Part shown: one piece after another, positions 51,001-63,000 of the stretch
Layout: each line of letters starts with the position of its first letter
Position numbering within the stretch: position 1 is the stretch's first letter
Source: Leucoraja erinacea
Taxonomy: Eukaryota
Reading direction: 5' to 3'
DNA length: 64,000 nucleotides
Assembly (NCBI RefSeq): GCF_028641065.1
Contig: NC_073398.1
Span: 21,824,001-21,888,000 of the forward strand
Made by a program: the position numbers and the translations under genes
Notes under the pieces: generated by a model
What the model was told of the DNA's origin: nothing
The model's input: the letters and a program-made list of their open reading frames with translations, nothing else
The model's database searches: none

Positions 51001-54000
51001 GCATAATAGTCTGGGATAATGTGCACTGCACTATTGGAGGATTTTGTATGAGCAGGCTGGAGCTATTGATCAGTGCTTTGAGGTGTCTGCTGTATGAAGC
51101 CCATGAGCTGGACAAAACCATTTGAATTGTTGGTTTCTTTTCATACCAAGACTTGGACCTTGAAACACACTTTTCCTCAGTTGTGCTGACATGAATTTAT
51201 TGTCAATATCTACCCTTACAGAAGCAATTCTCAAGGCTGGAAGTGGTTCACATACTCTTACATAGAAGAAATTGGAATTTTTTTAAATCTGTTTCTATAA
51301 AGCTAACAAAATTTGTAACATCGGCTCGGGAGAATTTAGGAATATAAGTCTTGTAATTGTTTGTTTAATAGTAACATTCATTATTTCTTGTAATAATGAT
51401 TTTTGAAACGTTTATAGTACTACACAGTGCAAGGCATGAGAGCAGCAGATATAACATTTCACACCTCCTCTGACAACCTTTGTCTCCTATTCTCCTCCAG
51501 CCTTTGGCAGATGAGTGGAGCAAATGACAATCAAATCCCAGTCACCTGTATCCAGTCACCAGGCCTTATCCTGCCCCCACATCTCTTTTCTAGCTTTCTC
51601 TCCCCTACTCCAATCAGTCTGAAGACCAGTTCTGACCCAAAATATTGTCCATTCCCTCCACAGATGCTGCCTGACCACTTGAGTTCCTCCAGCCCTTTGT
51701 GTTTTCTTCTTCTTCTTCTTCTATGTAGTTTTTTTTGGCGGTTGGCAAACAACATTTTAGTGCATTACCGCCACCAACTGGTATGGAGTGTGGATCAAAT
51801 AACATTATAACTTATATACTAATAACCTATATCTTTCCAAACAAATTGGTTACCCTGAGAAAAAGCATTAGGATTTGATAGCACTTATATGAATTATTTT
51901 GTAAAATATCTATTAAATCAAATTGTACTTTTTCTTTTCTGAATCGTTCACTCATTTGTCTTCTTTCTTCCTCATACCTCTCACAATGTATAATGACATG
52001 CTCTATTGTCTCTTCTTGCCCACAGTATTCACATCTGCCTGTATTATGCTTGCCTATTATAAAAAGTGTACTTCTCTTTTCTGTTTTTTCCTGCACATCT
52101 CATTTCTCCCACTTTCCTCTGGACCCTGTAGAACCACCATCCTTTCCGCTCTTCCTCCCATTGCTTTTGCCATCTTTCCTTCAGTCTTTGCTTAATAATG
52201 TCTTTGATTTCAGTTTTACCTATGTTAATACTTAAATCAATCTTACTTCTTTTTGTTACCTCTTTTGCTACCTTATCTGCCAATTCGTTTCCTCTAATGC
52301 CAATGTGTGCTGGTACCCATAAAAATATGACTAAGCCCCATCATTTGAATTCTGAATAGTGTTTGTTGTATTTCAATCAAAATGTCCGGTCTACTGTCTG
52401 AATGGCTGTGCTGTAAACTCCCTTTTGTGTTTTGCAGCAACCATAACATGTTCAAGCTTCACCTATTAACTTAATTGGGCCATTATATATTGACAACCCC
52501 CCCCCTCTCAAAAAAAAACCTTGGGATATTAATAGATAGACACAAAAAGCTGGAGTAACTCAACAGGACAGGCAGCATCAGAGAAGGAATGGGTGATGTT
52601 TTGTGTCGAGACCCTTTTTCAGACTGGTTAGGGATAAGGGAAACAAGAGATGTAGATGATGATGTGGAAAGATAAAGAACAATGAATGAAAGATATGCAA
52701 AAAAGTAACGATGATCAAGGAAACAGGCCATTGTTAGATGTTTGTAGGGTGAAAATAAGAAGCTAGTGTGACTTGGGTGGGGGTGGGATAGAGAGAGAGA
52801 GAGAGAGAGTGAATGCCGGGGCTACCTAAAGTGAGATAAATCAATAATATATTGATGTATGAAAGGAACAATGATAAGCAAAGTTAGCTTTAATACAAAG
52901 GCACCAGAATCCTTTTCCTCATGGTAAAATCTCACTGCTGGGATAAAATAGGGTTGCCTCTTGCACCTGTGGAGTGTTGCAGCATGGTTTAAATTGGGGT
53001 CTCTGCAATGAATATGCCAACATAGTTGGAAATTAATGAGTGGTATTTGTATATGTATATATATATATATTAGTTGTCAGAATGAAGATAACCAGGGTAT
53101 ATGGTTTATTAAATTTGTTAAAAATGCCATTGAAAGTTTGTTCAGATTTTTTAAAACTAACTTGTACTTGCATTGAATCTTCAGCGCTGGACAACACCAG
53201 GACATGATCTGATGAAGATTGGCACCAGAACAAAAGAAAAGGCATTGGGACAGGTTAATGTTTGTTCAAGGAAATGCATTTAGAGAGGCTTGAAAGAAGA
53301 TGATGTATAGGTTTAGAAAGACTAAAGGTAGAAAACCTAATGATAAATGCAGGGCAATATGGAAAGATTTATTTCTGAATTAATTCTAAAAGGACAATGT
53401 GAAAGGTACAAATTCCCATTCCTTTACAACAACATTACTTGTGTTATTTTCACTCGCAGGATGTAATTTATGATTTACTTACTTTAACAGAATCATTGAT
53501 ATCCGGATCAGCAGCAAGTAACTGATATACTGATGCTGAAGTTGGAAAATTCTCAGGAATAGAAAGTGAAACACCTGGTGAGAAGAAAAACCTTCTGAGT
53601 AATTTGAACATTGAACGCCGTAACAGTGCTTTACTTAATGTGCTGCCCTGTTCATGGTCATGAAGTTGCCTCTACTCTAAGAGGAGTAACCTGTCATGTT
53701 GGTTTTCCATTTAAAGTTATGAATACATCTAATATTTTCATGGCATCTGCATGTTCAGTATTGTGCCCATACAGCAATCCCCCCCCCCCAATAATAATTA
53801 GCTATTCACTTGTATTTTTAATATGTGCTGGAATTCTTAATAGTGCACTCTAAATGCAAGGCAGCAAATCTCCTTTGGTTTTCCTAATAATTTTATTGAA
53901 AACATTTTCTTCATTGTACTCCTCCCAATTTTAAGTGGCAGCATCAGCCAATGAAGCTGGACGCACCATTGCATAACAAAATCAATTAAATGGGTGCCTC

Positions 54001-57000
54001 AATTATCTACTTCAGACTTACAGAGGTGCAGCTTCATGCAGCATTTGCCAGGTAACATCACAAAGTAATGTAGCATTCACAGTATATCTCAGCAGTGTGG
54101 TTACCAAGAAGATATTCAGGGGAGCTACCTACTTTAGTTTAGAGAATCAAGCATTTCGGCACACCGCGTCCACACCAACCAACAATCCCCGCACACTAAC
54201 ACTGGTCCTACACACATTTGGGACAGTTTACATTTATACCAAGCCAATTAACCTACAAATATGTACGTCTTTGGGTTGTGAGTGGAAACTAAAGATCTCG
54301 GAGAAAACCCATGCAGGTCACGGGGAGAACCTACAAACTCCGTACAGGCAAGCACCCGTAGTCAGGATTGTACCCGGGTTTCTGGCGCTGTAAGGTAGTA
54401 GCTCTACTTCTATGCCACCCAGCTGTCACTATTTGCCTGTCTGTAAAGTTAGCAATATGTGTGGCTTTTCAGTAAAATCATTGCAAGAAATTAAATGCTT
54501 CTTGCATTAGTAAACTTGTATACATGAACATTGATTTTAAGCACAAAACATAACTAAATAATCAGCTGGCTAAGACTGGCTGACATGCATTGGAGGGTCA
54601 GGTTTTTCTCTTAGACCAATTCGTGAAACAAATCATCTTGTTGAACCATTGAAATCAATAGCATTGTACAGAAATATAAAGAGGAGACACATGAGAATGC
54701 AGATGCTGATATCTGGAGAACAAAGCACACTTCTGAAGATGCTCAGCAGGTCAAATAGCATCTTTGTGGACAAAGGGATGGTGGATGTTTTGTGTCCAGC
54801 CCCTGCATCAGTGTCCTTGCCTCCATAGACATGAGATAAATACCTGCTCCCATAGTGAATGCAGGGTCACAGTCTGGTGCTTCATCGACATTGACCACGG
54901 CGACTGTCAGCGTGTATGTGGCCGAGTGCGTCCGATTGTTATCATATGCTCTGATGGACAAGAAGTGGACTTGTGCAGCATCGGGGCTGTCGTAGTCCAG
55001 CCGGCTCTGGAGAATAATATCGCCAGAGTCTGAGGAAAGACAAAATAACACAATTAACCATGTCACCCTTCAGATGAAGGCAATATGAAATCTTAATGTC
55101 TGTGGTGATGCTACAGCATGGCAATTAGTCATGAAATTCTACTGTATCTTATGGTGTTCCCAAATCTACTGTGACCATGGCATTAAACTATTCTGAATTA
55201 GGAACTATAAGTTTTGTTACAGCAATCCAAACAGAAATGTTTGCAAAATTAATTCAGTCCATTTTGTTAATATCTCCTGGCATTACTTCCATTGATGAGT
55301 GATTAAATACGAATTTTGGTTGACAATATTATCTCCTCTGTGTTATCACGCAAGTGTGAAGTGACATTTACTGTTATGCATTTTCCTCCAACCCGGATAT
55401 TCCTTCTACTTCCTCCTGGGGGAGAGTGGCATTTAAATAACAGACACAACAGCTTTCATCCTGTCCTGGTGTCATGATGTTGGAATACACCGAAGATAAA
55501 CACAAAATGCTCTAGTATCTCAGTGGGACAGGTAGCATCGCTGGAGATCCGATACGTTGCCCATTCCTTCTCTCCAGTGATGTTGCCTGCCCCGCTGAGT
55601 TACTCCAGCATTTTGTGTCTATCTATGGTACCACTTCTTCACAGATACAACCGACAAATGGACAAACTGGATTTAAAACATGTTCAGATTAATTTTACCT
55701 GCATCCGCCTTCCGTAAAACATCATTTCTTGAAGGTTGCTCTCAGTTAGCGGAGTTTGTTAAGATGTTTGTTAACAGATTTGTTTAGATCATTGTTAAAA
55801 AGCAATGGTTTATTTATGCAGGGTCAGGATGATCATAAAACCATAAGAAATAGGAGCAGAATTGGGCCATTCAGCCCATCGAGTCTGCTCTGCCATTCGA
55901 TCATGGTTGATCTATCTTCCCCCAACCCTGTCTTCTCCCTGTAGCTTTTGACACTATTACTAATCAAGAACCTGTCCATCTACATTTTAATAAAACCCAA
56001 TGACTTGGCCTCTACTGCCATCTGTGGCAATGAATTCCACAGATTCAGCACCCTGTAAAGAAATTCCTCCTCGTCTTCATTCTAAAGGTGTGTCCTTTTA
56101 GTCTGAGGTTGTGCCGTCTGATCCTAGACTCTCCCATGAGTGGAAGCACCAGTATTGCTCCTCTCCATTGATCAGCTCTTTGTAGCAGCCTAAGAATGCC
56201 CTTACTATACAGTGCCTGCTTAATGCTAGGGGCTCACCATCTACAATTGAATGAGGCTGGGTACCTATAGCAGTGGCAACACACTGGAGTGAGTGTATTG
56301 ACAACATAGGTGGCCTCTTACATTGATACATGGTCCAATGTGGTTGGAATCTAATCTAATTGCCTTTGTAGTAACAATATTCAGTTGGCATATTTATGTT
56401 CTATTTGTTGGTGCAAGTTGCAAGTTCAGACAGACTCACCATTGCCCAAAATGAAAAGAGATTGGTTATCAATAAACTCAAAATAAAGATTGTCATTCTC
56501 ATCCAAGTCAGAAGCTTCCACCTTCCCCAGCAGAGTTCCAATGAGCATTTCCTCTTGTGCATTTATTGTATCCGAGGAGATGGGTCTGCAAAAGGAGATA
56601 GCTTCAACCACCACAGTAGTAAACAGTAAAATAAATCAAAACTTACACACAAAGCAAAAAAACTCTCATCAAATGCATTGATAATATTCTAACTTCTGCA
56701 CATTGGATATTTGGGAGTTGGACTGCTCTGGGCGACTCTAACACCGTAAATTAATTCTCCACTGCAGCTATTGTTTTATGCCATTGTGGCTCGATGTTAT
56801 CTGATGCATCCTTGGGCAAAAGCTAAGAGATAAACTCTGGGCTGGCTGCTTTTTCAATTTAACACCACCTGCTATCTAACGGCGGGATTATTCAGCAAGT
56901 CAACCAATTCAGCATTCAATTTTTCAACATAGTGACGAACCAAGCAGAAAAACTCTGTCATTTATGGCAACAGCCACTCTTATGCCAACCATATAAAGCA

Positions 57001-60000
57001 GATCCTGGCTCTATGTAGAGAGTCAGGTTTCTAGGAATTCCAATCCACCAAAGCAAGTGCACTGGGGCAAATGCACAGGCATCAAGAACATTAGTGCACC
57101 TACCAGTGCAATTCTCAGCAGCCGTTGAAAGGGGGTTGCACTGTTCTGCAATAGAAAACATGTTGCCTGGGACGTACCAGATCCTGAAACATTATGTGGG
57201 TGGGAGGGGAACAGGGATGGAGCTGAGAGCTAATCTAAGATTCAGCAATGAGATGACACTCGGGACACTGTAAGTGGCCAAGGACAGGTACGTGGCCAAA
57301 GTTTCCTATTCTTGTTCCAGAGATCCCTCTGATCTCTGCAACTTAATAGAAATGTTCTGGCAGATGTAGCCATTCGGCCTATCTGTTTACCCTGGCTCAT
57401 GGTGATGCAGTGCCAGCAATCTCATTTTCCTGTTATTACCCAGTTACCCTTTGAAGGCACTGGTTGAATCTGCTTCCACCACCCCTACATGCAGTGAATT
57501 TTGTATCTTAACTAATCTCTGCATTTCAAAAATTTTCCTTACATTTACTTGTTGTTTTTTGTTGAACTAATTAAATTTGTGCCGCTGCCATGAGCCATCC
57601 ATGAATTGTAACTGCCTCCCCCCTATTTGCCTTCTCTAAACCAGCCACAATCTTAGTATTGCAAGATGCTGGTTAATACACAAAAGAACGCAACTTAGCA
57701 GGTCAAGCAACATCCCCGGAGAACATGGATAGGTGAGGTTCCAAATCGAGACCCTTCTTCAGACCACAATCTTGTCCACCTCCATTGTTTATTTAATAAC
57801 TGCACTTGATTTTTGAATCAGGCATGCCCTTGGTTAAAATCACATCAATGCCTGCAGATTTATAGACAACATTATTCTCAGTGCAACTGTTCTTTGTTAT
57901 GGTGTGGGGTGGGCTTCATATTACAACCCGAATGCTAAGCTTGCTTTACTTACGTAAATATAGGCACTTCATCATTCAAGTCATTAACAACGATGGTCAA
58001 AGTTCCCTTGCAAGAGTGTTGTGGAGCTGGGATTCCATCATCTTTCACTTCAATCTTCAGTGTGAAAAACTGTGTCAAAAAATAATAAATGAATTACAAC
58101 AGGTGTGATTTATTGATCTTATTTCAGCACATCTAGCCCCACAATAATTTAAATTTCCCTGAAATCAGGACTGACTTTTGTGAATCACCAGCACCAATGT
58201 TAGGGAATGGGTAATTCCTGCAATTTGCCTCTAACTTTAACTGGCAGATGTCCCTATTCATGGCGATGTACCAATTAGGATAAAGAGCTGCAGAGAATCA
58301 CAGTGCCATCCTGCTGGAAGGGCTGTGCTGATAGCAGAAGATTTAGACAATCAGTTTTCGAGCCCTGTCTTCAATAGACCTTCTGTGAACAGACATTCCA
58401 CAAATTCCACCAGAGAATTGAAATGTCACTAGCCTTAAAGCAGTGTTGCTTGTGTTCACAGCAAAACATTTTTTCACAGGAACTTGCCCTCTTGTCCTTG
58501 TATAATGGCAAGTGTCAGAAATTCCCCACAGTCTCCCAGCGAACTATAATATAAAGAGGTTAACCCTATTCCCAGTCTTGTCATTTCCATGAAATAATTG
58601 TTGTATTTCACACCTCTGCATGAAAATGATTTTCCATTATTTTTACAATAGTGATCATAAGGTCATAAATGATAGGAGCAGAATTAGGGCATTCAGCCCA
58701 TCAAGTCTACTCCACTATTCAATCATGGCTGATCTTTCTCTCCCTCCTTACCCCATTCTCCTGCCTTTTCCCCATAACCCTTGACATCTGCAGTGATGAT
58801 GGGATCCAAGTTTAAAAGTTGCTGTGCATAATACTGCCTGAGATTCTGGCTTTACAGGTCTCTGTAAATTGTCCCTTAGTCCGTAGGGGATGGGTGAGAG
58901 TGGAGGAAAACATAGAACTAGAAGCCTGGATGTTCGATGGTTGCGTGGACTCGGTGTGCCAAAGAGCCAGTTTCCATGCTGTATCTCTACAACTAGAATT
59001 GGAACATGCATATATGCAGGAATATACACTCCTGGACAAGGTTCCTCCTTCAGTAACACCTACATTATTACCAATTACTGACAGAACAATTCCCTCTGAT
59101 CCTATACCCTATCCCCTCCTCGGTTCTTGAACTACAAGCATTTTTTCTTCTCCTGGGCTGAGAGCGATCTCCATTTATTAGTCACCCTCCTGCACTTCCT
59201 CGTCCAATCCAAACTAATGGAACACCAGTGGGCTGCGGCCAACTGTAAATAAACCTCCAGTGCACCCCAGCAACCAAAAGCCGCACTAAATATACAAATT
59301 GTATTATATTAATTACTACATAAGAGGACTGTGACTGCAGACTTTTCAGGGTAAAATGCTAGGAAGTGGAGAATTTCAATTTTAGTTCATTCCAATGTGA
59401 ATATATTACAGCACCATATGGAACATTTCGAGGAAAATGCTTAGCAATTTATTTTAGTAAATGACAAAAAACCTTTGCATACACAAATAAAAAGATCTAG
59501 TATTGCCTTGTAAATGTTTTCTGGACTTACATGATATGTGTGGTCATAGTCTATTATTGTTGTTGAGTTTCTGTACACAATTCCAGTGTCAGGGTCGATG
59601 TTGAACAAGTTGCCTCCGGTAACTGGACTGGATTCCTGGGACACAATGCTAAACTAATACAAATATGGAGACGCGTTAATTGACTTAGGTTTAAATAATG
59701 ATAGAGTAAGTTTATTTGTGATGGAATTTTTGCTTGTAAAATTTAAATTGTAATGATAATGTGAGGTGTCGGAACTTACAAATCGATGCAACCCGATTAG
59801 CTGAATGGAGTTCAGTGGAAACTATGTGTCATGTGTAAGGAAGAACTGCAGATGCTGGTATAAATCAAAGGTAGACACAAAATGCTGGAGTAACTCAGCA
59901 GGCGAGGCAGCATCTCTGGAGAGAAGGAATGGGCGATGTTTTGGGTTGAGACCCTTCTTCAGACTCAGTGGCGGACTGGCCAGGGTGTCAGCTTGCCCGA

Positions 60001-63000
60001 TGGCAAGTGGGCCCCTGATGAAGTGATAGCTAGTGATGGCAAGTGGGCCCCTGTGAAATGATAGCATTGTAGTTGTGGGTGGGTCCACTTTGTCTCCTGG
60101 CAACCAATATTTTTAGATCCAGTCCGCCACTGTTCAGACTGATGTGTCATGTACTGTGTATCCCAGAATTTGCAAATCTGAGTATTTTCTTGATGGTAAA
60201 AGATTAGCGGAGTAGTGAACAAATGTTCTTGTTGAAATATACAATCATTTTCAGCTTGTGCCAAGGTATGAAGTCAAATGGACTTACACCACTTACACCA
60301 CTGTGGCTGGAATACAAATGGGTGGATGTTATACTTGGTCAAACATGATGTGGATTGCAGAGCTTAGTGGGTGTAGTACTTTTCGAAAAGGGACATGTTA
60401 AACATCAAGAGATCATGTGCAAATTTACAACAATGTTCTCGAAGCTTAATGGGTTAAATTAGAAAGATCATGCTACATAAATGAGTTTTAGGAGGGAGAT
60501 CTGTTCCTGGGCTTTAAAATGGAATAGGAAATGAATATCGACTGCAGGGCGAATTCAGAATCAGGACACAAACCTGAAGGTTCCAATCACGCCAAAACAA
60601 AGGTTTTAATGTAGGAATGTATTTAAAACGTTTTGGAAGACAAGGAGCACCATATTATTGGCACCTGCCTAAAATTGTCTGATATCTATGTGTGATATCT
60701 CTATTGTTCTGATAGTTCAGATATCGGGTAGAACTTACTGTCAGTGAATCTCCTGCATCTGGGTCTTCAGCGGTAACCTGGTAGACTGATTTGAGATTTG
60801 GGTAATTCTCATCAATGTTCACAGTGGCTGCAATATATAAAAGCATTATTATTGCTCCCAGCAATGACTGATCACTTGGATGCATTTATTTTATATTGTG
60901 GGTTTGCTGGAGAACGGATGGATGGTTGGATGCCACCACACCCTTCCTCTCACCATCTCCTCCCATTCCACAAGCCTTCCCTTACTCAATCTCCTGCACA
61001 TCGCCGATCATAGCGACCCCTCATATCTTTTGCTTCCGTTGGTCTTCTACTGTATCTTATGGTGTTCCCAAATCTACTGTGACCATGGCACTAAACTATT
61101 CTGAATTGGGATAATCCTTTCACACTAAGGGTGGTGGGTGTATGGAAGCTGCTGCCAGATGAGGTAGTTGCAGCAAGGACTATCCCAATCTTTAAGAAAC
61201 AGTTAGACAGGTACATGGAAAAAAACAGGTTTGGAGGGATATGGGCCAAACGTCGGCAGGTGGGACTAGTGTAGCTGGGACATGTTGGCCGGAGTGGGCA
61301 AGTTGGGCCGAAGGGCCTGCTTCCACGCTGCTTCACTCTATGACTCTATGAAAGACCGATCCTAAAACTTGCCTGTTCCTTGTGTCAGCTGTGGTGAGGT
61401 GCACACTGGTGGTTCATTGACAGGCTGAAGCACAATGGTCAGGGTCACTGTGACAGTGTTGAGCCCTTTGTCTGTGACAAACACTTGCAGTGAATGGTAT
61501 TTGATTGTTGTGCCGTTATCGTAGTCCAGTACTGTCGTTGTAGTCAATATCCCTGTATCTGTAAAGGTACAAACTATTGTGATCAATTCTTTCTCAAAGC
61601 GCATGAACATCCTACTCGAACAAAATGGAAATGCATTGAATCACAAATCATCAATGTGACGTCAAATATTGCGGATTTGCGCATTGTTAACAAAGGCTTC
61701 TCTTTGTAGTAAACACCATACCGAGGGATTACAGATTAGCAAGAGATTTCAACCAATTTATACATTTTAAAAGAGAAAACTTATTTTTATGCATGACATG
61801 GGCTTTGATATTTTTTAATGCGACTTGCATTGTATTTGATGCAAGAGTTAGACAGAATTTAGAGAGAGTGCCAGGGAAAGTGATCTATTTATCTCTGAGA
61901 CAAGGTCTTCCTTCTTTCTGACATCTGCTGCTGTGACATCGTTAACCAGTCAGGCCCTGAACCTTGGATTGTTTTCACTGGAACATAAGAAGCTAAGGGA
62001 CAACCTGACCGATGTACACAATTATGAGCAGCCTTGATGCAGTTGATGGTCAAAGTATTTTTCCCAGGATGGAAAAATCAACTAACTAGAGGAAATAGGA
62101 TTAAGGTGGGAATCATCATTTTAAATGTGATTTAAAAGACAAATGTTTTATACAGAGGGCGGGAGATGCCTGAAACACAGTGCCAGGAGTGGTAGTAGAT
62201 ATGAAAGTGATAATTAAGAAGCATATAGATAGACACATGAACAGGCAAGGAATAGAGGGATATGGACCTCTTGTAAGCAGCTGGTATTAGTTTAGATTGA
62301 CATCATGGGAGCAACAGACATTGTGGGCCAAAGGGCCTGTTCCTGTACTGTTCTATGTTCTACATTCTCTCAGAGTGCAAATCAGGAAGGAAAAGCAGAA
62401 ATTAAGTATCTCCATCTTTGGAATATCCTTGTGAGTGCATAATAACTCTTATTTTTTTTTTGGGGGGGGGGGGGGGAGACTGTTTACTAGTTGGGAGAAT
62501 GGGATTAAGGGATAGATAGATCAGCCATGATTGAATGGCGGAATAGACTTGATTGGCCAAATGGCCTAATTCTGCTCCTAGAACATATGAACACAAGGCA
62601 ATTGTAATGGCCTTTGGGGATCCGACTAACAATGTGCATCGTGGGTAGAGCAGGGATGTGAAGGGATATATGAAATATGTCACAACCACAGTTTGCTTTT
62701 TACATTTTTAATAAATGTGTATGTTGAGTGATATCCTTACTTGGATCAATGGAAAAGTCTTGGGAAGCTGTAGCAAAATTATAAGATGCAACATCATCCG
62801 CATCCCTATCGGTGGAATTCATCCGCACCACCTCTGTTCCAATGGGTTGGTCTTCCGTGAAATTTATTGGATTTTCAGGGCTGAAACTTAACATAAAGAG
62901 TGAGGTTTTATAAACCTGTCACAAGGAGTGACCAATATGCATGGTCCTCCACTACTCCCACATTATAGTTTCCATGAACTCATTTATTTCTGCATAACAA

